From: a candidate division WWE3 bacterium
Lineage (GTDB): Bacteria > Patescibacteriota > 4484-211 > GCA-002791395
Assembly (NCBI GenBank): GCA_013335095.1
Contig: JAAXWF010000001.1
Coordinates: forward strand, 381,984 to 445,983
Length of the DNA: 64,000 nt
Direction: 5' to 3'
Shown piece by piece: positions 9,050-18,436 of this stretch. Position 1 is the first letter of the stretch, and every line of letters begins with the position of its first letter. The notes under the pieces are model-generated. The model was not told where the DNA came from and ran no database searches. It saw only the letters and a program-made list of their open reading frames with translations. The position numbers were made by a program, and so were the translations under genes.

Positions 9050-10279
9050 ATGCACTCCCATCTAAAAATTGCAATCTGCGGAGCCCCCAATAGTGGAAAA
9101 TCAGTCTTTTCGCATGTGCTAGCATCTCTACTACCCCGTAATCGATTTACTTTAATAGAGGGAGCACCTGATGGCATCGGCGTTAACGGTGGGTTGTATC
9201 AACTGCCAACTTCAGTTGCTAAGCGATTGCGTCGGAAAGGAAGCTTTGTTCCTAAGTACGTCGACTGGATTGTTCGTTCAGTTCGTCAATCGACTGCAAG
9301 TATTACACTTGTTGATATTGGGGGGAAAATCAGTCCGGAAAACATGCAGATTATGCAGTCATGTAGCCATGTTATTGTGCTGGGGCGTACCCGTCGTCAA
9401 ATATTATCTTGGATCCATTTTGCTCAAACCCATCATCTCACTGTATTAGCTATTTTGCATACCTTGCTTCAAGGAGAAGATACGCTCTATTCAGAATCAA
9501 TTCCCATAAGAGGCGTTGTTACTGGATTAAAAAGAGATCAACCGCCGTTTAATTCGATGGTGATACAAAGGATTGCGAATTTACTACTGACTCTTTCAAC
9601 TACCGACGATCCTCGACTCGATGGATCAATGCTTGCTGATATTAATTTATCTAAACTCGCTGAAAAGCTTGATTTACCGATAAATCCTGGTGGTATCGAT
9701 AGGCGATGGACCCCCGAATCACTGAGCGAATTATTACAAAATATTGATAACCAGTGTCATAACAACAAACAAATTCTTTTGTGGGGCAATGCATCATCGG
9801 GGCTTCCGTACCATACTGTTGCGGCTAACCTTTTAAATCAACGAATTCGCTACTATGATCCCAAGATTAATCCTGGTTATGTGCCATTAGCCGATGTCGA
9901 TATGGGCATTAACGGGGATGATTTATTAGAGTGGGAGCGGAAGGACCGGTCCGGATATACTCATATTCATTTTAGACTTAAAGAGGGCGTCTTCGATGTT
10001 TTTGATTTACCGATGTTGAAGCCGCCATTTATTGATACCAAAAAGGGTTTAATTCTCACTGGTCGGGGAATGTGGTGGTTAACAGGTACAATATTGCGGT
10101 GTTACGCACGGTATAAATTGCCGTGGATTGCCGTGCTAAATACGGCCGAAATTTCGGAATGGTACAAACAACATCCTCAAAAAAATGATTCAAAATTATA
10201 TGGAGTTGCCGTCGTAATTATGACAAATTCACCGACTATACAATTAGGTACAACGATGGTTTTTCCGCTGGCTAGTTAA
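9050..10279 (+). CDS. P-loop NTPase of unknown function (409 aa)
   Basis: Walker A/G1-like motif IAICGAPNSGKSVF and DxxG motif (LVDIGG). AT-rich native-like composition. C-terminal half unrecognised. Confidence 0.55.
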   Translation: MHSHLKIAICGAPNSGKSVFSHVLASLLPRNRFTLIEGAPDGIGVNGGLYQLPTSVAKRLRRKGSFVPKYVDWIVRSVRQSTASITLVDIGGKISPENMQIMQSCSHVIVLGRTRRQILSWIHFAQTHHLTVLAILHTLLQGEDTLYSESIPIRGVVTGLKRDQPPFNSMVIQRIANLLLTLSTTDDPRLDGSMLADINLSKLAEKLDLPINPGGIDRRWTPESLSELLQNIDNQCHNNKQILLWGNASSGLPYHTVAANLLNQRIRYYDPKINPGYVPLADVDMGINGDDLLEWERKDRSGYTHIHFRLKEGVFDVFDLPMLKPPFIDTKKGLILTGRGMWWLTGTILRCYARYKLPWIAVLNTAEISEWYKQHPQKNDSKLYGVAVVIMTNSPTIQLGTTMVFPLAS

Positions 10280-11501
10280 GTTTAAGTTGAAAACCGCGTC
10301 CGCGAACGGTGATTAAATGTTTGGGATTATATTTATCAGTTTCAACTTTATCGCGTAAGCGGCTCACCAGTTGGTCAATTGCTTCATCGCTAACTCCTTG
10401 TTCCTTTCTGACCTCCCAAACTGCTTCGGCGATTTCATCACGGTCAATAACCCGGCCATGATGTTCGTACATATACCTAAAGAATTTATATTCATTTGGG
10501 GTAAAGATATCATCAATCCGAACTCCTTTTTTGTAAACTTCTCCGGTCACATCATCTAAATAGAGTGCGGGATGATTTTCAGTAATAAAATCAGCTAATC
10601 GTGAACTAAATACTTTTTTCTTTTCATTTATTACTCCAAGCTGCGATAGCTTTTTTAATTCGAGCTGATCTCTTTCGGTTAAATGTAATCCTACAACTAA
10701 TCGTTGGATCGCTTTTTGCTGAGACTCGGTTAATACATTTAATATTCTCTGACACTGGAAAATAACGGTCTCGTGATGAGCTGCTGATGTTAGTTTTTCT
10801 TTAAAAGAACCATGTTCAATTGCGGTTAATTGATAGATGTATGCATCAATCATTCGATTGTGCCCACCGGTTATTTCATAGACTGTATCGATTTCATCTG
10901 AATTTAAATGTAATCCACGCGCATTGGATTTATATTCAATGTAATAATTAGCTTCTTTTTCATCAAATGGTTCAAGGTAGAACGTGAATGGCGCAACGAG
11001 TGTATAAAATTGATCGATGTCTTGAATGTCTCGAATTGATTCTATTGGCTGATTGAGCGAGATTACCATGGTTACGTGTCGATTGCTCTGCACAACCATT
11101 GATCGCAATGTATCAAAAAATAAATTGGGAAGGTGAGCAAGTGCTTTTTCAAATCGATCAAAGATAATCACGTACCGTTTGCGTTGTTTTGCTGCCCATG
11201 TCACGAACTGTTCAATCGAGCTAATGTTTGTATTTTCCAGTGTTAAGTTAATTTCATTGATAATACATTCATGAATACCGTCGATTGTTAACTCCCGTAG
11301 ATTGTTTAAATCAACAAAAATAGGTTTGATCGAGGAATTTGATGATAATTTCTGTTTTATTTTTTGCAATAAGAAAGTTTTTCCGACCCCTGGAATACTG
11401 ACGATTAGACAACTGTCGCTTTGTTTAATTGAATTGCTCACATCGGTCGATATTTTTTGTCTAAACCATGAGGGGGTCTGTTTAAATATCGTTTCAGTCA
11501 T
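10272..11501 (-). CDS. AAA/STAND-like ATPase with C-terminal OmpR/PhoB-type winged-helix DNA-binding domain
   Basis: Walker A IVSIPGVGKTFLLQ. C-terminus ...EYKFFRYMYEHHGRVIDRDEIAEAVW...ITVRGRGFQL matches the trans_reg_C signature. Confidence 0.65.
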   Translation of the reverse strand: MTETIFKQTPSWFRQKISTDVSNSIKQSDSCLIVSIPGVGKTFLLQKIKQKLSSNSSIKPIFVDLNNLRELTIDGIHECIINEINLTLENTNISSIEQFVTWAAKQRKRYVIIFDRFEKALAHLPNLFFDTLRSMVVQSNRHVTMVISLNQPIESIRDIQDIDQFYTLVAPFTFYLEPFDEKEANYYIEYKSNARGLHLNSDEIDTVYEITGGHNRMIDAYIYQLTAIEHGSFKEKLTSAAHHETVIFQCQRILNVLTESQQKAIQRLVVGLHLTERDQLELKKLSQLGVINEKKKVFSSRLADFITENHPALYLDDVTGEVYKKGVRIDDIFTPNEYKFFRYMYEHHGRVIDRDEIAEAVWEVRKEQGVSDEAIDQLVSRLRDKVETDKYNPKHLITVRGRGFQLKLN

Positions 11502-11585
11502 GCAATTTGAGTATAAGATACGACCGGGATTGAATCAATGTAATACGCAATAGTCTACCAAAATATTTATTTTTGAGCGTGTGAA

Positions 11586-11918
11586 TTATTTAATCCGAAA
11601 CGGCATTGCTCGGTTTAAGTTGGTTGTACCTTTTGTATCTACTCGCGATACGCCATTTGATCGTTGGTTAATGTCGGTCGCCGGAGATGAGGGAAGCGTC
11701 ACATTTGCATTGCGTTGTACTGCATATCTTCGTGCAGACTCTAGGTCCGATTCTCTTAATGAAGGATTCTCTCTCAATATATCATCAGTAGATTTACCTC
11801 GGGAGAGGTCCTCTAAGACAGAGGACACTGTAATGCCAGTTCCCGAAAAAACAGCTTGGCCACCAGCTAATTGTGGGTTAAATTGAATATGGCCATAATC
11901 AGTATTACGCCGTGACAT
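11586..11918 (-). CDS. DUF433-family protein (putative antitoxin-like DNA-binding protein) with C-terminal extension
   Basis: Core AGGQAVFSGTGITVSSVLEDLSRGKSTDDILRENPSLRESDLESARRYA resembles the DUF433 signature. Confidence 0.5.
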   Translation of the reverse strand: MSRRNTDYGHIQFNPQLAGGQAVFSGTGITVSSVLEDLSRGKSTDDILRENPSLRESDLESARRYAVQRNANVTLPSSPATDINQRSNGVSRVDTKGTTNLNRAMPFRIK

Positions 11919-12175
11919 ACCTATATAGTATCAGACTTCTACAAAAACGTGTAGAAACTCGTTGCCGCTTGATCCTAAAGCCGAATTGACAGCTTTAGAA
12001 CAATGTTGTAATACAATACGTGGCACCATATACATCATATCGTTATGGGTAGTAAGATGAGTCCGTTTACTCATTTTTCTACCCTTAATCGAAGGGTCCG
12101 GATCTTTGATCTGGTGGCACACAATATGGAGCCTGAGCAACTCGTTTGTCTAGGCATGTAAAGGAGATCGCGGCG

Positions 12176-13285
12176 ATGGCGGATCTGACACAACGGAGTG
12201 GGTCAGAGGATCGGATGTATGGATTTATTCGAGAGTGGCGACGTGAAGCTCGTCGTCTGGTCGTTTATTCTGGTGAGCCGATTAATCAGTCCTATCCCCC
12301 TCAACCACAAGATGATGCGGTTCGTTTTCAAGCCAGCGTGGACGACTTAGCCCCTAGTGTTATTGGCTTGATCTTGTGCCGACAGGCGGCAGGACAACGG
12401 GTATCGTTTATCGTTGAGCGAGATGCTCTCAGCCATCGGAGCATTTCCGATGTCCATGCGAGCATCCGATTACCTCGGAATCTGCAGGCATATACACCTG
12501 AGCCGTCACGAGCGTCGAATCAGCCAATGATCATCACCCAAGTCCGTGATGATCAAAACCGAACTGATGATGGAGGGTACCGGATTATGCATTCCGGTAG
12601 TCGTACCGGAGGTATGCAGGTCCTATACCACGCTTCTTCAGCTGGGGTGTTGGCAGCATTCGACACCTTTGTGCCTGAAGGTAATTTCGGCAGGATACCT
12701 CCGGTCCTCGTCGTATCTGATACGAATCGGACAGGGTATCTTCTGGTGCCGATTCAGTCACGGTATCATATGCAACTTCCACGGACCGATTTCTATCCTG
12801 GATTTTGGCGAGAAGCGGCTCAATCGCTTGGGCTAGACAAGATTACTCTGGTGATCTGTCGAACCGTACCGGCGTATGTACTGAGCGTTCGGAGTCTCAC
12901 CGAACAATTTTCCTTTGCCGAAACCCGCATCTTAGTCGATGGCCGCGGTCGGGTGTGGGGGCAGCTGCAAAAAGATGGTAAGGCCTGGTGGGACGAGGCT
13001 CCCGTATTGGGTCTTGATCCAGCCTCATTTCCAACAGAGCCTCGACAAATCTTAACCGAGGCTCAAGGCACATCAGTCGAAGCGAATCGCCGTCTTTTGG
13101 AGATTCAATTCGTGGTGTCGCTTTTAGCCGCGGATGGAATCTTAGGACGAGTCTATACGCCGATTCGAACCTACGGCAAACCAGTGTTGCCGGTATCACC
13201 TTCGGCAGCGCTCGTCCATCGGGCAATCGAGAACATGCCCTTTGGGTTTCGTCCTCAGCTGCGCACTATAAGTGTTGCTAGCTAG
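12176..13285 (+). CDS. hypothetical protein (369 aa), GC-rich
   Basis: SD AAGGAG 9 nt before the ATG at 12176. The ORF track begins at an in-frame TTG at 12146. Coherent GC-rich ORF. No motif recognised. Confidence 0.5.
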   Translation: MADLTQRSGSEDRMYGFIREWRREARRLVVYSGEPINQSYPPQPQDDAVRFQASVDDLAPSVIGLILCRQAAGQRVSFIVERDALSHRSISDVHASIRLPRNLQAYTPEPSRASNQPMIITQVRDDQNRTDDGGYRIMHSGSRTGGMQVLYHASSAGVLAAFDTFVPEGNFGRIPPVLVVSDTNRTGYLLVPIQSRYHMQLPRTDFYPGFWREAAQSLGLDKITLVICRTVPAYVLSVRSLTEQFSFAETRILVDGRGRVWGQLQKDGKAWWDEAPVLGLDPASFPTEPRQILTEAQGTSVEANRRLLEIQFVVSLLAADGILGRVYTPIRTYGKPVLPVSPSAALVHRAIENMPFGFRPQLRTISVAS

Positions 13286-13297
13286 TTACTAAATACG

Positions 13298-13330
13298 TCT
13301 GGGAGCTTCCAAAAGCTCCCAGTTTTTCTT
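13298..13330 (+). terminator. Rho-independent terminator (CTGGGAGCTT...AAGCTCCCAG followed by TTTTTCTT)
   Basis: Perfect 10-bp stem plus T-run. Confidence 0.7.
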
Positions 13331-13360
13331 GACATCCTATAATATTTTTCGTACTATAAT
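13329..13360 (+). promoter_or_regulatory. sigma70-like promoter (TTGACA, 18 nt, TACTAT/TATAAT) followed by a structured leader of about 180 nt
   Basis: Consensus -35 TTGACA and -10-like hexamers. The leader contains nested stems (GGGGTACAAA/TTTGTGCCCC enclosing CCCTAAA/TTTAGGG; GATAACC/GGTTATC). Confidence 0.5.
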
Positions 13361-13544
13361 CTGTTACATATTGGATGGGGTACAAATTTCCCTAAAATGG
13401 GTATTTAGGGACGTTTGTGCCCCATTTGTTGATAACCGTCGGGGTTATCGCAATGTGGTAATGCAAGGCCTCTGTGAGGTTTTGCATTGTGTGGTGGGCT
13501 TGTGCCCATAGGCGTCTGTTGGTCTCCATATTAAGGAGGAAGCC

Positions 13545-13949
13545 ATGACGGCACCTGCAGGAGCGACCACTCATCGGCCGCTAGCGGATCGCTCGCTCGG
13601 TACCCCGGGCCAACTGCTCGACATCGATGGGTACACCATTGATGAGGTCGATGGCGGCGGTCGTCATTATCTCACGAGGTGGTTGCTATCGATCGATAGC
13701 CATGGTGTCGTTCACGAGGTCGAGGAGGTCGGGATCGTCGATCCGCGTGATCGGTCGGTATCAAAATCCATCTTCCCGAGGGAGATGGTGCCGGCCCTGA
13801 TGGCTGCTGAAGGCGATCTGCTCTCGTTGACCCTTGGGCAGATCAACGCCATGATTGGCGGCAGCGTCCTGACGGACTGGCGCGAGATCCGTGGTGCTGG
13901 GGTTAAAATCCGCCAGTATCGCGAATCACAGGCGGCTACTGCCGTCTAA
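13545..13949 (+). CDS. hypothetical protein (134 aa), GC-rich
   Basis: SD AAGGAGG 5 nt before the ATG. Coherent ORF. No motif recognised. Confidence 0.5.
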   Translation: MTAPAGATTHRPLADRSLGTPGQLLDIDGYTIDEVDGGGRHYLTRWLLSIDSHGVVHEVEEVGIVDPRDRSVSKSIFPREMVPALMAAEGDLLSLTLGQINAMIGGSVLTDWREIRGAGVKIRQYRESQAATAV

Positions 13950-13973
13950 TCACGCTAAGTTCGGGTCATTACG

Positions 13974-14010
13974 TGGGGCGGGCAGAGATTTCTCTGTCCG
14001 CCTTTTTTCA
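13974..14010 (+). terminator. Rho-independent terminator (GGGGCGGGCAGAGA...TCTCTGTCCGCC followed by T6)
   Basis: Hairpin plus T-run. Confidence 0.7.
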
Positions 14011-14068
14011 TCTAGGTTAATGAGACATGTAACAGGGGCCGTGACGTAAAATGTTAAAATAATCCTAG

Positions 14069-14812
14069 ATGATAAAAGAAGTCATCGATGCCGTCCGTCG
14101 GTTTCGAATCCCGAATATTTATGTGGTAGTTGCAGATCGTTTTCCAACTCCGTTTGCCGGACTTACTCCAGAAAGTAAACAAAAGGAACTCGCGCCTCCA
14201 AAAGAAATAGAAATTAAGAGTCGTCCTGCTTTGGTGGTCGATACATCGGCTCTAATTGATGGGAGATTAGCCGACATAATCGAGACTGGGTTCATTTCGG
14301 GTACTGTAGTTGTCCCGACCTTTGTAATCGAAGAACTTCAACGGGTTGCTGATTCAAAAGATAGTTTAAAGCGTAATCGAGGTCGGCGTGGTCTTGACGT
14401 CTTAAAGTCAATAAAAAAATGCCGTTATGTTAAGTTTCTTATCCCCAAAATAAAATCTGGTCGAGATCCTATCGATACGCAATTATTAAACTTTGCCAAA
14501 CAGATTAATGGTCGAGTTGTCACAACTGACTATAACTTGAATAAAGTAGGAAAGGTTACCGGTGTACCAATGCTGAATATAAATGAGTTGGCGAATATGG
14601 TGAAAACTGTTGTATTACCGGGCGAAATAGTCGAACTAAATGTATTAAAAAAAGGAAAAGAGCAGGGGCAGGGGATTGGTTATTTACCCGATGGCACGAT
14701 GGTGGTTGTTGAAGATGGAGGACGGCTTATAGGGGTAGATATTGAAGTTAAGGTCGAAAGACTTCTTCAGACCGATGCTGGGAAAATGATCTTCGCAAAA
14801 CCTATTTCATAA
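14069..14812 (+). CDS. PIN domain plus TRAM domain protein (YacL-like)
   Basis: PIN-like N-terminus (LVVDTSALIDGRL...TTDYNL). C-terminal TRAM-like beta segment (GEIVELNVLKKGKEQGQGIGYLPDGTMVVVEDGG). Confidence 0.6.
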   Translation: MIKEVIDAVRRFRIPNIYVVVADRFPTPFAGLTPESKQKELAPPKEIEIKSRPALVVDTSALIDGRLADIIETGFISGTVVVPTFVIEELQRVADSKDSLKRNRGRRGLDVLKSIKKCRYVKFLIPKIKSGRDPIDTQLLNFAKQINGRVVTTDYNLNKVGKVTGVPMLNINELANMVKTVVLPGEIVELNVLKKGKEQGQGIGYLPDGTMVVVEDGGRLIGVDIEVKVERLLQTDAGKMIFAKPIS

Positions 14813-15110
14813 GCAAATAATATCTTTATTCTGTATGGTGATAAATATTTTAATAGTTGTTTGACATAATTTATGGGGTGTGTTATAAGAAGGCCTAACA
14901 GTCTTAACTAGCACGTCCTTTGCTTTTGGGGCAGTGGAGCAAAGGCGTGCTAATTGAGACGGTTTAAAGGTGCTCTCCTAATTTTTATTAACAATTTGAC
15001 AGAACTGATTATCGTAGTATAAACTTTAAATAGTTCGTTATACGGAGAAATATTTCCTTTCATGTAGAAGTTTTCGTACGTAGCCCGTTCAATAAAAAGC
15101 AATAGTCCTT

Positions 15111-16322
15111 ATGTCTACAGAACCTATAATTCAGTCAACAGATCAAAACATGACACCACCGGTTGAAGTACTCGATACCATGGTCGAACAGAGCGATTTT
15201 TCGCCTGATGCCGAGACTAAAGAAGTTGATGGCGTCTTAGAAATTCTACCTGATTACGGTTTTTTGCGTACCGAAAATTTACGCCCTGGTCCTAATGATG
15301 TCTATATTAGTATGAGCCAAATCCGCAAATTTGATTTACGGATGGGGGATCGAGTTCTTGGTGTCGCGCGACCGCCTAAACCAGGTGAAAAATATTGGGG
15401 TTTACTGAGGGTCGATGAAGTTAATGGAATTAAGCCAGATAAAATGGGTCGCCGTCCTATTTTTGAACGTCTTACGCCAATCTTTCCGGATGATCGTCTT
15501 ACTTTAGAGAGTGAAAAGGATGTTATTACCACTCGTTTAATTGATATCGTTGCTCCAATTGGTAAAGGTCAGCGTGCTATGATCGTTGCTCCTCCCAAAG
15601 TCGGAAAAACTACATTACTAAAAGAGATCGCACATGGCGTGTCGGCAAATTATCCAGGTATAACCTTAATTGTTGTACTTATTGGAGAGCGTCCTGAAGA
15701 AGTGACTGATATGCGTCGGAATGTAAAGGGTGAAGTCATTGCAAGTAACTTCGATGAAATGCCAGAAGAACAGGTTAAAATCGCTAAACTAGCCCTTGAG
15801 ATGGCTAAGCGACAAGTTGAGTTAGGTCGAGATGTGGTTATGTTGGTTGACTCAATTACTCGATTAGCCCGAGCACATAACTTAGATGTTCCACCAAGTG
15901 GTCGTACCTTATCGGGCGGATTTGATCCAGCTGCGTTATATCCACCAAAACATTTCTTTGGAGCTGCTCGTAATATTGAAGAAGGCGGCTCGCTTACCAT
16001 TGTAGCTACCGCTCTTGTTGATACAGGTAGCCGAATGGACGATCTTATTTATGAAGAATTTAAAGGTACGGGAAATATGGAACTTCACTTAGATCGTAAA
16101 TTAGCTGAGCGTCGTGTATTCCCGGCAATTGATGTTGTTCGATCAGGGACTCGCCGTGAAGATCTTCTTATGACCCCCGATGAATTGGAGAAGGTATACA
16201 AGCTCCGAAAGATGATTGATACCTTGGGTGAAGGATCAGATACAACAAGTTTATTAGTTACTCGAATTAAAAAGACTAAGAATAACGCTGAATTTTTAGA
16301 AACTCTTCACGAAGTTAAGTAA
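15111..16322 (+). CDS. rho: transcription termination factor Rho
   Basis: Rho RNA-binding N-terminus. ATPase core (LIDIVAPIGKGQRAMIVAPPKVGKTTLLKEIAHG...VVLIGERPEEVTDM). Confidence 0.9.
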   Translation: MSTEPIIQSTDQNMTPPVEVLDTMVEQSDFSPDAETKEVDGVLEILPDYGFLRTENLRPGPNDVYISMSQIRKFDLRMGDRVLGVARPPKPGEKYWGLLRVDEVNGIKPDKMGRRPIFERLTPIFPDDRLTLESEKDVITTRLIDIVAPIGKGQRAMIVAPPKVGKTTLLKEIAHGVSANYPGITLIVVLIGERPEEVTDMRRNVKGEVIASNFDEMPEEQVKIAKLALEMAKRQVELGRDVVMLVDSITRLARAHNLDVPPSGRTLSGGFDPAALYPPKHFFGAARNIEEGGSLTIVATALVDTGSRMDDLIYEEFKGTGNMELHLDRKLAERRVFPAIDVVRSGTRREDLLMTPDELEKVYKLRKMIDTLGEGSDTTSLLVTRIKKTKNNAEFLETLHEVK

Positions 16323-16899
16323 TTTCCTGGTATCTGTTTTTGTAGTTTTCCGAATTATCTGAAAAGTGTCATCAATTGGGTAACTAAGTTACTCAGTCGA
16401 TGATCTTAGCGAAAATCTCTTGAGTTACGGGCCGTAGAATGGTGATTTACTATGGGGATGTTTTGGTTTTGTGTATGTTGAGTATATTTATTGACCGGAA
16501 CCTATTCTGGTGTCTTCTGTATAGCCGCTTAAGGGATAGATTCGAATACAGAGTATTTGCTGGATCGTTCTGAATGTCTTGTCGGAACAAGTAAATTCAT
16601 CTCGTGTCGATGATGAATGGCTCTACAGAGCCAACCTGAGCGCAGGCCAGCAGGTCGAATGTGCAGTCTGCTTGCTTTTTTGGTATAATAACTACACCAT
16701 GCAAAGTGAGATTCAAGAACCTCCTTTAGGAAGGTTCGCGAGCTCGGGAGATAGTTCGACTCTCGAATACCTCCACAATATAATTGTGTTTGTCCGAGTT
16801 TTGGTTTGGCGACTTGTTTCTTATGGAATCAATGTGGCCAATGCAATTCTTGGGGCGTTTAAAACCGTTCATCATTCAATCAACGAGTTTAAGCGTTTT

Positions 16900-17886
16900 A
16901 TGATCCGCCTCTTAATGTTTCGCGGGGGATATTTTTATCAAACTCCTCGTCTGGGATTAGCGGCGGTTACCTCAACTACTGTTTTCTCTATGTTTATTTT
17001 TCCAGTACTCGATCCATTAGGACAATCACGTTCATTGGCCCAGATTTTATCTCAAACTCAAATAGCCGAAGCATCTTCTTTGGAACTATTTGATAGTGTT
17101 CGTCCAAATCGGGTGTTAGGTTCTGGTCAACAACTTGAAAATGAAGTGATTGATTATACCGTTGAAACTGGTGACACGATGAGTTCTATTGCGGCCGAAC
17201 ACTTAGTCTCGATCGAATCTATTAAATACGTAAATAAGTTAACTGGCGATGTGATTCGGCCCGGTGACGTGTTACGAATCCCTCCAGTAAATGGATTGGT
17301 TCATACAGTTGATAGTTCCGAGACTATTAGTTCTATCGCGGGTATGTACCAGGTACCTGCTCAGGCGATTGTTGACTTTAATCATATTGAAGAGCCATAC
17401 GTTATCCATAAAGGGGAAGATTTATTAATTCCTGATGCTAAGATTCCGGCACCTAAACCAGTTGTAAATTTGGCCAAGGCTAATACTCCACCATCCGGAC
17501 TGGCGATACAATCGGCACCCGCTCAATCGGGTACCGGTGGATTTATTATGCCAACCAATGGTGTTATTACTCAGTATTTTTGGTGGGGACATACCGCTAT
17601 TGACGTTGCAAGTGCTTGTGGTACACCAATGTATGCCGCTGATAGTGGTACAATCACCTTTGCCGGTTGGTGGGCTGGTGGCGGTGGAAACTCAATATTT
17701 ATTGATCACGGAAATGGGTACGTAACAAAGTACGCCCACATGAGTGGATTTGCAAAAACTGGCGGTGGAGTGAGTCGTGGTGATGTTATCGGTTACGTCG
17801 GTGCTACCGGGCGCGCATTTGGTTGCCATGTCCACTTTATTGTTAACCAAAACGGTCAACCGATTAACCCAATGTCAGTGCTATAA
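16900..17886 (+). CDS. LysM-domain M23 family peptidase. The start is uncertain, and the ORF is open from 16579.
   Basis: Two LysM repeats (YTVETGDTMSSIAAEH..., HTVDSSETISSIAGMY...). C-terminal M23 motifs (HTAIDVA..., GNSIFIDHGNGYVTKYAHM, GCHVHF). Hydrophobic segment after the Met at 16900. Confidence 0.7.
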   Translation: MIRLLMFRGGYFYQTPRLGLAAVTSTTVFSMFIFPVLDPLGQSRSLAQILSQTQIAEASSLELFDSVRPNRVLGSGQQLENEVIDYTVETGDTMSSIAAEHLVSIESIKYVNKLTGDVIRPGDVLRIPPVNGLVHTVDSSETISSIAGMYQVPAQAIVDFNHIEEPYVIHKGEDLLIPDAKIPAPKPVVNLAKANTPPSGLAIQSAPAQSGTGGFIMPTNGVITQYFWWGHTAIDVASACGTPMYAADSGTITFAGWWAGGGGNSIFIDHGNGYVTKYAHMSGFAKTGGGVSRGDVIGYVGATGRAFGCHVHFIVNQNGQPINPMSVL

Positions 17887-17977
17887 ATAGCCCTATAGTT
17901 GATTTTTCCCTTTTTAATTTGTATTATTAACAGCGTCTGTTGGCTCATCGGGTCTTTTCTTTTACTACGGAGGGACT

Positions 17978-18436
17978 ATGTCTCAATCCACAGAAGAACT
18001 GGTTCATCCAGTTGAAGCCCGTCGGATTTTCGTGAGATGGTTGTATGAACGCAGCGAATTTCAAACCTTGGCCCAAAGTTTAGGCCAAGAGATGGTTCGC
18101 CTTGGAGTGCAAACGCTTGGTTCTGGTAAAAGGCCAAGTAACCCCGCTCTGGATGCTGGGGTGGGATTTTTGCGACGGATTCGTGCCTGCTATGTACAAA
18201 CAGGCATCGAAGCAACCTGTATTACGATCTTGTTCTGGAGTGTACAAAAGTCCGCATCGTTGTGGCTTCGTTCTAATGGAACGTTCATTGCCACTGAGTT
18301 TAGGGCAATGGCAACCCGACTTGACGAGCTTGGTATTGCTAAGGATGCTGACGCCCTTGACCTTTGGGGACAAGCCTTTGCAGGTATTGCTTTGGAGGTG
18401 GTTCAGTCTCAGGAGGGATCACATGATCCCGTTTGA
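17978..18436 (+). CDS. hypothetical protein (152 aa), moderately GC-rich
   Basis: SD GGAGGGAC 3 nt before the ATG. The stop overlaps the start of the next gene (translational coupling). Confidence 0.5.
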   Translation: MSQSTEELVHPVEARRIFVRWLYERSEFQTLAQSLGQEMVRLGVQTLGSGKRPSNPALDAGVGFLRRIRACYVQTGIEATCITILFWSVQKSASLWLRSNGTFIATEFRAMATRLDELGIAKDADALDLWGQAFAGIALEVVQSQEGSHDPV

